From: Candidatus Bathyarchaeia archaeon
GTDB taxonomy: Archaea; Thermoproteota; Bathyarchaeia; TCS64
Length of the DNA: 10,054 nt
Assembly: GCA_050014495.1 (NCBI GenBank)
Contig: JBEKDF010000064.1
Span: 1 to 10,054 of the forward strand
Reading direction: 5' to 3'
In this document: piece after piece, positions 1 to 8,339 of the stretch
Numbering within the stretch: position 1 is the stretch's first letter
Layout of the letters: the number at the start of each line of letters is the position of its first letter
The notes under the pieces: model-generated
What the model saw: the letters and a program-made list of their open reading frames with translations, nothing else
Databases searched by the model: none
What the model was told of the DNA's origin: nothing
Position numbers and translations under genes: made by a program

Positions 1-235
1 GTATCTGCCTGTTTCTCGGCTGATGGCTCGTGTGTTGTGAGCTTTGGCTTTTCCTCGTTTTGGTTATGTTGGGGCGTTCAGGTGGTCCTAAAATACGAAT
101 TTCTAAACAAGCAAGCGCGCGATAACTATTTACTATATTCTAAAGAATAAACTGGCTTAACTTCTTCGGGATAACCTGAAACTACGTTATAATAAATCAT
201 ATGTGCACTAGCTAAACCCTTCGTTTATCAGTTAG

Positions 236-241
236 TTTTAA
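236..241 (+). promoter_or_regulatory. Candidate TATA box for dtdA
   Basis: TTTTAA ends 29 nt before ATG 271, a spacing compatible with an archaeal promoter and a very short or absent leader. The region is AT-rich, so a chance match is possible. Confidence 0.3.
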
Positions 242-270
242 CAGCTGAATTGTACATCCCTACGTAGCTG

Positions 271-1104
271 ATGCTTGCCATGGGGAGTGTAGGTATTACT
301 CTTTCAACAGTCGACCCTGTCGGTGCAAACGTCTTCGAAATCTTAAAGGGTCGCGGGTTTGTTGAAGCCCGAGAGGGTATCTACGCAATGAAAGATACAT
401 ATCTGGTCCCAGTGCCGAGGTTCATCGTACCCGAAGATGAGTACAAAATTCCCTCTGAACCAAACCCCTACCCTCTCGACTTCGATGCACTTGCTGTGGA
501 GCTTGGGATCGACTACTTTGTCGTGGCTAGTCGACACTGGTCTAAGAGTGGGCAGCCTAGTCTCACTACTCACGCAACGGGTAACTACGGGAAGGCTGTA
601 TTCGGGGGGCATAACCGTGAGTTGCAGGCAGTGCCCCCGAATGGACTGAGGAATGTCTACCTTGCCATGCTGAGGAATCCTCCTAAGAACTTCCAAGTGA
701 GCCTCGAGGCGACGCACCATAGCCCAACGCAATTTCTTGTCCCCATGTTCTTTGCTGAGGTGGGGAGTAGCCCCATTCAGTGGGCGGATCTAAATGTTTG
801 CGAGTATCTCGTCGACGCCATCTTGGATGGGATAGCTTCAAAGGAAACGGTCCCAACATCGATTGGCTTCGGTGGTGGCCACTACTGCCCGAAGTTCAGT
901 ATCATGGAGAGGGAGCACGCCTTTGGCCACATAGCTGCTAAATATGCCTTTCCCATGCTCACCGACGAGATGATCTCTCAAATGATAACGAAGACGATGG
1001 GTAGCGTAAGTAAGGCGTACATTGAGAGTGGAATGAATAGATCGTATAAGAGAATGTTTGAGGCGGCGCTCAACCGCTTCGGCGTCGAGAGCGAAGTCGT
1101 TTAG
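271..1104 (+). CDS. dtdA: D-aminoacyl-tRNA deacylase, archaeal/plant DTD2 (GEK1) family
   Basis: Family motifs SRHxS...PSLTTHATGN, SLEATHHSP, FAEVGS and IGFGGGHYCPKF...GHI are present, and 277 aa is a typical length. The start could be ATG 271 or ATG 280. Confidence 0.93.
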   Translation: MLAMGSVGITLSTVDPVGANVFEILKGRGFVEAREGIYAMKDTYLVPVPRFIVPEDEYKIPSEPNPYPLDFDALAVELGIDYFVVASRHWSKSGQPSLTTHATGNYGKAVFGGHNRELQAVPPNGLRNVYLAMLRNPPKNFQVSLEATHHSPTQFLVPMFFAEVGSSPIQWADLNVCEYLVDAILDGIASKETVPTSIGFGGGHYCPKFSIMEREHAFGHIAAKYAFPMLTDEMISQMITKTMGSVSKAYIESGMNRSYKRMFEAALNRFGVESEVV

Positions 1105-2363
1105 CGTCGATTACTCAGCACTTTTTTCTCGTATCTTTTAATCTCCGTCATCCATTCGTGATCAGATGGGACACCCTGTTCATCACAGAACTTGTTCCAG
1201 ACGGCTCCAAGGGGGAGCGCCTTCGACTCTTCCAGTAGAGCAAGACGCCGTGTGTAGTCACCAGCTTCCTCGGCCTCAATTAGCATATCATGAGGCTCTA
1301 GTAGAGCGAAGAGTAGTGCCTTCTGGGTGGCCCTCGCCCCGACAACCCATGCGGCTACCCTGTTTATACTCGCATCAAAGTAGTCGAGAGCCAAGTGGAC
1401 CCTATCCAAAGCATCACAGCGTATAACCTCAAGGGCGACATCCCGGAGTTGGTCATCCATGATGGGTACATGGTCGCTATCCCATCTCACACCCCGGCTC
1501 ACGTGCAACATCAACTCAGGCATTTGGATAAGTATGGCGCTCAGTTTGTCCCCTATTGATTCCGTTGGGTGGTAGTGACCCATATCTATGCAGACGATTA
1601 GGCCATGCCTCAGTGCGTAAGCGAGGTAGAAGTCGTGGCTCCCTACAACGAAACACTCGCTACCTAAGCCAAAGAGCTTCGACTCAACTGTGTCCTTTAG
1701 ATGTGCTCCTGGATACTTCTCCGCGTAAATCTCGTCTAGTGACTCAACGAGTATCCTCCTGTAACCAATCTTGTCGACACAGCTGTCCTTCATACCGTCA
1801 GGTATCCAGAGGTCATGTATACAGGGAGTACCTAGACTCTTACCGATATGAGCAGAGACCCTTCTTGTATGCTTTACATGCTCTATCCAAAAGTGGCGGG
1901 TCTCGGGGTCCTTGCTGCTCAGTGTGAACCCAGTGTCTGAGTTGGGGTGAGAGAATAGGGTAGCGTTGAAGTCGAGGCCCAGCCCACACTCCTTTGCCCA
2001 GGACACCCAGCCATCAAAGTGTTCTGGCTCTACTCCGTCCCTGTCGACCCTGCCCTTGAACTCGCCATAGGTGGCGTGGAGGTTGATCCTATGAGGGCCT
2101 GGAATGAGGCTCATCGCCTCTTCTAGGTCACTCCGTAGCTCTGAAGGGCTCCTAGCCTTTCCAGGGTAGTTGCCCGTCGCCATGATTCCACCAGTAAGGA
2201 CGCCACCAGGCCTCTCAAATCCTGCGACATCATCTCCTTGCCAGCATTGGAGAGATATGCTCTTCCCCGCCAGCTTTTTTACAGCCTCTCCTACATTGAC
2301 GCCGAGTTCAGCGTATGTTCCCTCTGCTAGATCATATGCATTCTCCACGTTCAATCTTTCCAC
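1101..2363 (-). CDS. rhaA: L-rhamnose isomerase
   Basis: Motifs CWQGDDVxGFE, ATGNYPGKAR, INLHATY, WIPDG, VESKLFG, DMGHYHP, LHVSRGVRWDSDHV and LDYFDASINR match E. coli-type RhaA, including the metal ligands. The GTG start at 2363 is preceded by AAGGAGA. Confidence 0.97.
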   Translation of the reverse strand: MERLNVENAYDLAEGTYAELGVNVGEAVKKLAGKSISLQCWQGDDVAGFERPGGVLTGGIMATGNYPGKARSPSELRSDLEEAMSLIPGPHRINLHATYGEFKGRVDRDGVEPEHFDGWVSWAKECGLGLDFNATLFSHPNSDTGFTLSSKDPETRHFWIEHVKHTRRVSAHIGKSLGTPCIHDLWIPDGMKDSCVDKIGYRRILVESLDEIYAEKYPGAHLKDTVESKLFGLGSECFVVGSHDFYLAYALRHGLIVCIDMGHYHPTESIGDKLSAILIQMPELMLHVSRGVRWDSDHVPIMDDQLRDVALEVIRCDALDRVHLALDYFDASINRVAAWVVGARATQKALLFALLEPHDMLIEAEEAGDYTRRLALLEESKALPLGAVWNKFCDEQGVPSDHEWMTEIKRYEKKVLSNRR

Positions 2364-3820
2364 ATCTCCTTAAGCTCGATGAATTTAGTATACTGCTCAT
2401 CCCAACCACCAGGGTCACTGGGTTCATACTCCTTTATTTCTGTCGAGTCTCGGACGATCCTCCTAAGCTGGGGAAGATCCTTCACCCTTCCACCAGCCAT
2501 GGCTTGGACAAGTAGATTACCTATTGCGGTTGCCTCAGCTGGACCAGAGTGGACGCTTCTACCGGTTGCGTCAGCGGTGAGTCGGTTTAGGAGCCGATTC
2601 CTTGACCCGCCACCTACTATGTGGATTCTCCTAATTCTATTATCTGATGCCTGCTCAAGTTGTGTAAGTGTATGCCTGTATGCTAGAGCGAGACTCTCAA
2701 GGACGACTCGAGTTGTCTCACCGTGGCTCTGGGGTGGCTCCTGTCCCGACTTCTTACAATAAGTCGCGATTGCCTCTGGCATTGAGGGCGGATTGAGAAA
2801 ACCTGCCCAGTCGGGGTCGATAATCGCCACATGGGGCTCCGATGCTTCAGCGAGGGCGACTAGTTCATCGTAGCTATAACTCCTGTAGCTCTCCCACGCT
2901 CTGCGGCATTCATGAAGAAGCCAGAGTCCCGCAATATTCTTCAGGACCCTGAAAGTGTGGTTTACCCCACCCTCGTTTGTGATATTGTAGCGATTAGATG
3001 CTTTGTTTATGATAGGTTTCTGGGACTCTATTCCCATGAGGGACCAGGTACCTGAACTTATATAGGCGAAGTCATCGGAATCAGCTGGGACGGCTGCGAC
3101 TGCGGAGCCAGTGTCATGGCAGGCGACTGTAGCCACTGATACTTTTCCCAATCCTGTCTTTGCACGTGCATCAGGTGTAAGCTCCCCAAGGATCTTGCCT
3201 GGTTCGATGATCTCCTGAAAAAGTCTTCGGGGGACTTCAAGGGTAGAGATTATCTTCTCATCCCACGCGCCCTCCCACGGGTTGTAGATGTGACTCGTCG
3301 TCGCCAGAGTGAACTCAGACGCTGGCACGCTCGTTAATTGATAGTTGAAGAGGTCAGCCATCATAAGGAGGCGAGAGGCCGAGCGAAGCGACTCAGGCTC
3401 GTCTCTTACAGCAGCGTAAAGCTGAAAGAGGGTATCGAAAGGAAGAATCTGTATCCCTGTGCGCCTATAGAGACTACTAAGTGACATCTTAGCGGCGAAG
3501 CACTCGACTACCCCCTCTGTTCGGGCATCTCGGTAAGCGTATGGAAGCTCCAATAAGCTGCCGTCTCTACTAAGGAGAGCGTAGTCGACACCCCAGGTGT
3601 CGATGCCTATGCTCGTAGGATCCTTTCCACACCTACGCATCCCCATATATATCTCGGCTAGGAGCCTTCCCGAATCCCAGCGAAGGTGACCATCGTCCTC
3701 AACCATCCCATTCGGGAACCTGTGTAACTCCGAGATGACGAGCTTGTCATCATCGCTTAGCTCCCCAAGGATCGCCCTCCCACTTGACGCGCCGAGGTCG
3801 AAGGCCAGATACCTAGACAC
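2351..3820 (-). CDS. rhaB: Rhamnulokinase (FGGY carbohydrate kinase family)
   Basis: Motifs LAFDLGASSGRA, ELHRFPN, SIGIDTWGVDY, YRDxRT, ACHDTGSAV, YISSGTWSLMG, TNEGG, KNIAGLWLL, IVGGGSRN and GPAEATAIGN are present. The gene lies directly upstream of rhaA and starts at GTG. Confidence 0.95.
   Translation of the reverse strand: MSRYLAFDLGASSGRAILGELSDDDKLVISELHRFPNGMVEDDGHLRWDSGRLLAEIYMGMRRCGKDPTSIGIDTWGVDYALLSRDGSLLELPYAYRDARTEGVVECFAAKMSLSSLYRRTGIQILPFDTLFQLYAAVRDEPESLRSASRLLMMADLFNYQLTSVPASEFTLATTSHIYNPWEGAWDEKIISTLEVPRRLFQEIIEPGKILGELTPDARAKTGLGKVSVATVACHDTGSAVAAVPADSDDFAYISSGTWSLMGIESQKPIINKASNRYNITNEGGVNHTFRVLKNIAGLWLLHECRRAWESYRSYSYDELVALAEASEPHVAIIDPDWAGFLNPPSMPEAIATYCKKSGQEPPQSHGETTRVVLESLALAYRHTLTQLEQASDNRIRRIHIVGGGSRNRLLNRLTADATGRSVHSGPAEATAIGNLLVQAMAGGRVKDLPQLRRIVRDSTEIKEYEPSDPGGWDEQYTKFIELKEMWKD
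2365..2371 (-). promoter_or_regulatory. Shine-Dalgarno-like site for rhaA, embedded in the rhaB 3' end
   Basis: The minus strand reads CTT-AAGGAGA-T-GTG. rhaB and rhaA overlap by 13 nt, suggesting translational coupling. The spacing to GTG 2363 is unusually short. Confidence 0.45.
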
Positions 3821-3842
3821 GAATCAAAAACCGCTGGATCAG

Positions 3843-3849
3843 TATTTAA
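3843..3849 (-). promoter_or_regulatory. TATA box of a probably leaderless rhaBA transcript
   Basis: The minus strand has TTAAATA at -29..-23 from the rhaB GTG with no SD sequence in between, which is typical archaeal leaderless geometry. Confidence 0.55.
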
Positions 3850-3855
3850 CGGAAG

Positions 3856-5010
3856 TCACTCGAAAGTCCAGTTGTCTTTCTCTTCCCAGATCTTCTCTAG
3901 GATTTTCTTGGCTTGCCCCGGAGGGAGGCTAAGGAAGAATTTGTCGACGTGTTTACACATCCGCTTTCTATCAGTAGTCTTCTTCCAGTCGTCGCAGTCG
4001 TGGCGCAGTACCTTACCAGTTAGGTCAACTTCGATTGTGTAGTCCTTGATCTTTGCTTTTATGAGATCCTTGGTATTTAGTGTAAATTTCACGTCCTCAG
4101 GCATCTGCTCGGCTCTAGCGAGGCGACCATTATCTGTATAGTGAGTGAGGAGGTCAGCTACACTGAGTCCCTCTTCCTGCTCCCTGTAGGACTCGATAGG
4201 TTGTATATTTCCGGGGCGGAATGCACTACTTCTATGCCCTTTAATCTTGGAGAGTGCTGCTTCCTGCTCTGAAGAAGCTCCTCCCATACTCTGAAGGAGC
4301 TCAACTGCATTCTTCACCGCGCTCGCGTTGAAGTGATTGTTAAAGTAACCATAGGTCCTCTTAGCCTTCTTGGAGACTTCTTCGACTTTGGGCTTCCATT
4401 CCTCAAGTTGCTGCTTTGTGTAATCGTAGTCGTACCAGATGCGTTTGCCTTGACCATGCCAACGGATGTAAGCGAAGTCCGCTGTTACATGGGTCTCCGG
4501 AGGAAGAAGAGGCTCGTCGACTATCGTGTAGGCCACATTGTGTTTCTCAAGCATCTTATAGGTCTCATTCCTTAGCCAGCTGTCGTGTCGGAACTCTATG
4601 GCCCACTCGTGGTTCTTGGGTAGTATCTCTAAGAACTTCTCAAGGTCTGCAGCGTTCTCTTTGTATGTGAACATAGGACGGAGCTGAATTAGGATGGGGC
4701 CGAGCTTCTCGGCGAGAGGTTGCATAATATGGATGAACCTCCACATATCATCTTCGACCCCCTCGCTTAGCTTAAGCCACTTGTCATGAGTTATAAGTTG
4801 GGGGAGCTTTGCAGCGAATACGAAGCCAGGTGGTGCAGTGTGAGTCCAACCCTCGACGAGGCGCTCAGTTGGGTAGCTATAGAATGTACTGTTAATCTCC
4901 GTAGTCCTGAAAACTTTAGTATAGTTTGTGAACATACCCTGCTTCTTATCGTAGAATGGGCCTATCCATTCGTCGTAGCTCCACCCTGAAGTACCGATTA
5001 GGAGGCTCAT
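3856..5010 (-). CDS. DUF72 (UPF0759/YecE-like) TIM-barrel protein with a C-terminal SWIM-like zinc-finger extension
   Basis: The N-terminal ~245 aa carry the DUF72 signatures IGTSGWSY, EINSTFY, KLPQxITH, QL(R)P, EFRHxSW, YIRWHG and YFNNH. The C-terminus has YTIEVD...H337-D-C339-x12-C352-K-H354. A GGTGA SD lies 4 nt before the ATG. Confidence 0.88.
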   Translation of the reverse strand: MSLLIGTSGWSYDEWIGPFYDKKQGMFTNYTKVFRTTEINSTFYSYPTERLVEGWTHTAPPGFVFAAKLPQLITHDKWLKLSEGVEDDMWRFIHIMQPLAEKLGPILIQLRPMFTYKENAADLEKFLEILPKNHEWAIEFRHDSWLRNETYKMLEKHNVAYTIVDEPLLPPETHVTADFAYIRWHGQGKRIWYDYDYTKQQLEEWKPKVEEVSKKAKRTYGYFNNHFNASAVKNAVELLQSMGGASSEQEAALSKIKGHRSSAFRPGNIQPIESYREQEEGLSVADLLTHYTDNGRLARAEQMPEDVKFTLNTKDLIKAKIKDYTIEVDLTGKVLRHDCDDWKKTTDRKRMCKHVDKFFLSLPPGQAKKILEKIWEEKDNWTFE

Positions 5011-5115
5011 GGACTCACCAGTGGAAGATCGCCTCTGCGCTGGTTAAATGCTTCACCAAGTCGATGCAAAGTATGAAATGCGCGCCTCCTCCATGCTTGT
5101 TCATCGGTGTTTTAC

Positions 5116-5529
5116 ATGATTAGGGTGAGGAAGCTCAACGAGGAGCCCGGAGAAATGGAGAGAGAGGAGGGCTCTCAGGGTGTTAATTCGATAGACATCG
5201 TCCTGAAGAGGGTTGATCTGAAGGCATTCAGCAGTCGGATTCTCCGCATAAATCCGGGGGGCCACACAGCATTCCATAGCCATGCTAGGGAGCACATCGC
5301 TGTCGTTCTTACGGGGAGATGCAAGATAGAGACAATTGACAGCGTACAGGAGCTGCGGGATGCAATGATTGTCACCATACCCTCTGGTGAGGGGCACCGG
5401 TTCGTGAACCCCGGGAGCGTTCCACTCGCCATCCTAATTCTCAATTTCTTCACCGAGGAGGAGCAGAAACCAGTGGAACTCCTCCCAGCAGCAAAGGTTG
5501 AGGAGGAATCTAAGCCTGAAGGTGCTTGA
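5116..5529 (+). CDS. Cupin-domain protein (Cupin_2-like, metal-binding)
   Basis: Cupin motif 1 is PGGHTAFHSHAREH and motif 2 is IVTIPSGEGHRFVN. ATG 5116, preceded by GGTG, is preferred over GTG 5107. The C-terminal tail is charged and of low complexity. Confidence 0.85.
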   Translation: MIRVRKLNEEPGEMEREEGSQGVNSIDIVLKRVDLKAFSSRILRINPGGHTAFHSHAREHIAVVLTGRCKIETIDSVQELRDAMIVTIPSGEGHRFVNPGSVPLAILILNFFTEEEQKPVELLPAAKVEEESKPEGA

Positions 5530-6529
5530 AGAGGGATGCGGAGAGCTCCTCGCGTGGATGGACCCCGACGATGCCCGTGAGTGGATGGCGGGAAAGAAGA
5601 GTAGGCATATGATCAACAAGGTGATTACTATAAGGGAGGCTGTTTCCAAGTTCACCTTCGATGGTGGTTACCTCGCCATGGGGGGCTTTGGCCACATACG
5701 TGTCAGTATGGCGGGAATCTACGAGATGATTAGGCAGAAGAGGAGAAACCTAGTCATCGCTGGAAAAACAGCTGTCCACGATGTGGACGTCCTCATCGCC
5801 GCAGGCGTAGTAAACAGAGTCGAGTGTGCCTATGCCTTTGGCCACGAGCTGCGTGGTCTTAGTCCCGCTGGACGAAGGGCTGTCGAGAGTGGAAAGGTCA
5901 AGGTTGTAGCAGAGCTTAGCAATGCAGCTTTCCAGTGGAGGTTCAAGGCCGCTTCAATGGGTCTACCTTGGCTGCCAGCGCGTATCATGATGGGTACTGA
6001 CACGTTCAAGTATAGCTCCTCGAAGGTTGTGGAAGACCCTTACACAGGGAAGCCGATTTGCCTCATCCCCGCTTGTTACCCTGATTTCGCCTTCGTCCAT
6101 GTACACAGGTGCGATAAATTTGGGAATGCACAGATCGATGGCACTATCATCGAGGATAAGGAGCTTGCGATGGCTGCAAAGAGACTCATAGTCACTACTG
6201 AGGAGGTCGTGTCAGAGGAGGAGATTAGGTCAACACCCGACCGCACAGTTATCCCCTTCTATATGGTCGACGCCGTCTGCAAGGTCCGATACGGGAGCCA
6301 CCCTGGGAACATGCCGCTGCTTTACTATAGCGATGAGGAGCACATGGCTGAGTGGCTTAGCCTTACCAAGACGGAGGAGGGAGTGAGTCAATATCTAGAC
6401 AAATATGTTTACCCTGTCAAAGACTTCGCGGAGTACATCGAATTAATCGGCGGAGAGCGAAAGATGGAGTACTTGGGCAGGCTGGAGAGGTTGGAGGAGC
6501 CTCTCTCAGTGCCTTGGGCGAAGAGGTGA
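5516..6529 (+). CDS. Family I CoA-transferase, alpha subunit (glutaconate CoA-transferase GctA-like)
   Basis: Motifs KVITIREAV, GGFGHIR, AASMGLPWLPAR, DPYTGK.ICLIPA..PD.A.VHVHRCDKFGNAQI and IP..MVDAV....YGSHP are present. The start is uncertain: TTG 5498, CTG 5516 (after AGGAGG) or GTG 5522. Confidence 0.88.
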   Translation: MKVLEEGCGELLAWMDPDDAREWMAGKKSRHMINKVITIREAVSKFTFDGGYLAMGGFGHIRVSMAGIYEMIRQKRRNLVIAGKTAVHDVDVLIAAGVVNRVECAYAFGHELRGLSPAGRRAVESGKVKVVAELSNAAFQWRFKAASMGLPWLPARIMMGTDTFKYSSSKVVEDPYTGKPICLIPACYPDFAFVHVHRCDKFGNAQIDGTIIEDKELAMAAKRLIVTTEEVVSEEEIRSTPDRTVIPFYMVDAVCKVRYGSHPGNMPLLYYSDEEHMAEWLSLTKTEEGVSQYLDKYVYPVKDFAEYIELIGGERKMEYLGRLERLEEPLSVPWAKR

Positions 6530-7296
6530 CAACGTTGTTGTATAATCCAACCGAGCTCATGGCGTGCGCCGCATCAAGGGTCCTCGAGGATGGAAAGTCA
6601 GTTTTCGTTGGTACAGGGCTCCCAATAATCGTGTCGATGCTCGCACAGAGGACTCATGCTCCTAACCTCCTCGTCGTCTTCGAGGCAGGTGGAATAGGCC
6701 CCCGAATACCCGCGATCCCGATAAGCGTTGGAGACAGTCGCACCTTCCATAAGGCAGTGATGGCGGCGAGTATGGATTATGTGATGAGTTGTGCCCAACT
6801 CGGACTCATAGACTTCGGTTTCCTCGGTGCAGCCCAGATTGACCCATATGGCAACCTAAATACGACCTGCATAGGTCCTCATGATCATCCTAAAACGCGT
6901 CTACCCGGAAGTGGTGGAGCTAACGACCTTGGAAGCTTATGCCACAACACTATCGTTCTTATGCGTCAGGACACCCGAAAGTTCGTAGAGAGACTTGACT
7001 TTTTAACTACCCCCGGTTACCTCTCTGGGCCTGGGGCGAGAGAGAGGGCGGGTCTTCCGAGGAACACAGGGCCATATAGGGTAATAACCCAGCTCGGGGT
7101 CATGGGCTTCGACACCGAGTCGAAGAGGATGACTCTCATTACAACTCACCGTGGTGTCTCTGTTACTGATATAGTTAACAACACCGGGTTCAAGCTAATC
7201 ATACCTGACGAAGTTCCGACGACTGAAGAGCCAAGCTCTGAGGAGCTGCGACTACTGAGAGAAGAGATCGACCCGAATAAGATTGTTATAGGCTAG
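6526..7296 (+). CDS. Family I CoA-transferase, beta subunit (GctB-like)
   Basis: Motifs VFVGTGLP, FEAG (catalytic Glu position), GFLGAAQIDPYGNLNTT, RLPGSGGAND and FVERLDFLTTPG are present. GTG 6526 overlaps the alpha-subunit stop (GTGA). TTG 6535 or 6538, after GAGGTGA, are alternative starts. Confidence 0.9.
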   Translation: MTTLLYNPTELMACAASRVLEDGKSVFVGTGLPIIVSMLAQRTHAPNLLVVFEAGGIGPRIPAIPISVGDSRTFHKAVMAASMDYVMSCAQLGLIDFGFLGAAQIDPYGNLNTTCIGPHDHPKTRLPGSGGANDLGSLCHNTIVLMRQDTRKFVERLDFLTTPGYLSGPGARERAGLPRNTGPYRVITQLGVMGFDTESKRMTLITTHRGVSVTDIVNNTGFKLIIPDEVPTTEEPSSEELRLLREEIDPNKIVIG

Positions 7297-8240
7297 AGAT
7301 GGGGCCTCACCTTCTCGGTGAAGAGTCTCATCCCCTCTAGTTCCTCTCCGAAATGGAACCTGAGAATAAAATGGTCGACACCGAGGTCCATGTAGTCCCT
7401 GATGAAAGCTGCGACTTCGTCGGTTGTACCAACAATATTGGCGGGCTGCTTTGCGAGGTACCTCATATAAGGGGTATTACTCATCTTTTCCCTATTCCTG
7501 ATCTTCGTCTTAAGGGCATCTTCGTCTTCCGCCATTGTGATCATGAGGCCCGCCGACTTCCTAATTTCAGCGTTGTCTCTACCCCTGGCTTTAATGTAGC
7601 CCCTGAATTCTTCAAGCTTGACCTTGAACTGCTCGATCGGTATTGTCCAAGCGAAGTTGATAGCATCTGCGTGACGAGCTGCGATCTTAAGAGTGAAACT
7701 TCCCATACCGCCGATCCAAATGGGTGGGTGCGGCCTCTGGATGGGTTTCGGACTGCATATAGCGTCCTTAACACTGTAGAATCTACCCTCATATGTAGCC
7801 CTCTCCTCCGTCCACATCAACTTCGTGATCTCCAGTGAATCATTGAGCTGCCTTATCCTAGTATCTGGAGGCGGGAACGGGTAACCATAGGCTTTGTATT
7901 CGACCTCCTTCCACCCTGCACCGACTCCAAAGTTGAGCCTTCCCCCACTCATGTTGTCGATGCTCGCCGCCATCTTTGCGGTGAGGGCAGGGTTCCTGTA
8001 ACTCTGCGATGATACCATTGCGCCTAATCGGATCCGAGAAGTATCCCGGGCAAGGGCAGCTAGAGTAATCCAGCATTCTAGACATGGAGTCTTTGACAAC
8101 TCAGGAGCGAGGAAGAAGTGATCGGAGACCCAGAGAGACTCAAAACCAATACGCTCAGATTCTACAGCGAGCCCTCTGATCTCCTCGTAGCTGAAGCCAT
8201 ACTGAGGCTCGATCTGAAGCCCGAAGTCTAGTCTGCCCAT
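7293..8240 (-). CDS. LLM-class (luciferase-like) flavin-dependent oxidoreductase, probably F420-dependent
   Basis: Motifs GFESLWVSDHF, ECWITLAALARDTSRIRLG, YRNPALTAKMAASIDNMSGGRLNFGVGAGW, PKPIQRPHPPIWIGG and GVDHFIL are present. The cofactor is inferred from family resemblance only. Confidence 0.88.
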   Translation of the reverse strand: MGRLDFGLQIEPQYGFSYEEIRGLAVESERIGFESLWVSDHFFLAPELSKTPCLECWITLAALARDTSRIRLGAMVSSQSYRNPALTAKMAASIDNMSGGRLNFGVGAGWKEVEYKAYGYPFPPPDTRIRQLNDSLEITKLMWTEERATYEGRFYSVKDAICSPKPIQRPHPPIWIGGMGSFTLKIAARHADAINFAWTIPIEQFKVKLEEFRGYIKARGRDNAEIRKSAGLMITMAEDEDALKTKIRNREKMSNTPYMRYLAKQPANIVGTTDEVAAFIRDYMDLGVDHFILRFHFGEELEGMRLFTEKVRPHL

Positions 8241-8300
8241 ATAAGTATCGCTTTAAAATTAGATGCGTAGCGATTTAACGACTATCAGGCGGAAAATCTG

Positions 8301-8308
8301 AAAAAAAA
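8301..8308 (-). terminator. U-tract terminator of the ferritin-like gene
   Basis: T8 on the minus strand lies about 30 nt downstream of the stop at 8340-8342 and is followed by further T runs, typical of archaeal intrinsic termination. Confidence 0.55.
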
Positions 8309-8339
8309 TGAAGTTAAGAAACCAAACTGTAAAAGAGGT

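Noticed and set aside
343..3932. Alternative-frame and antisense ORFs over dtdA, rhaA and rhaB (e.g. 343-732, 1166-1426, 1556-1927, 2379-2762, 3735-3932)
   Set aside because: They overlap well-supported genes, show no recognisable motifs and have atypical composition, so they are shadow ORFs.
5116..5529. Cupin as the missing rhamnose mutarotase or aldolase
   Set aside because: RhaM and RhaD are not cupin folds, and the gene is coupled to the CoA-transferase operon rather than to rhaBA.
8247..8274. Inverted repeat ATCGCT-N16-AGCGAT upstream of the LLM gene
   Set aside because: The arms are only 6 bp and do not extend, which is compatible with chance.
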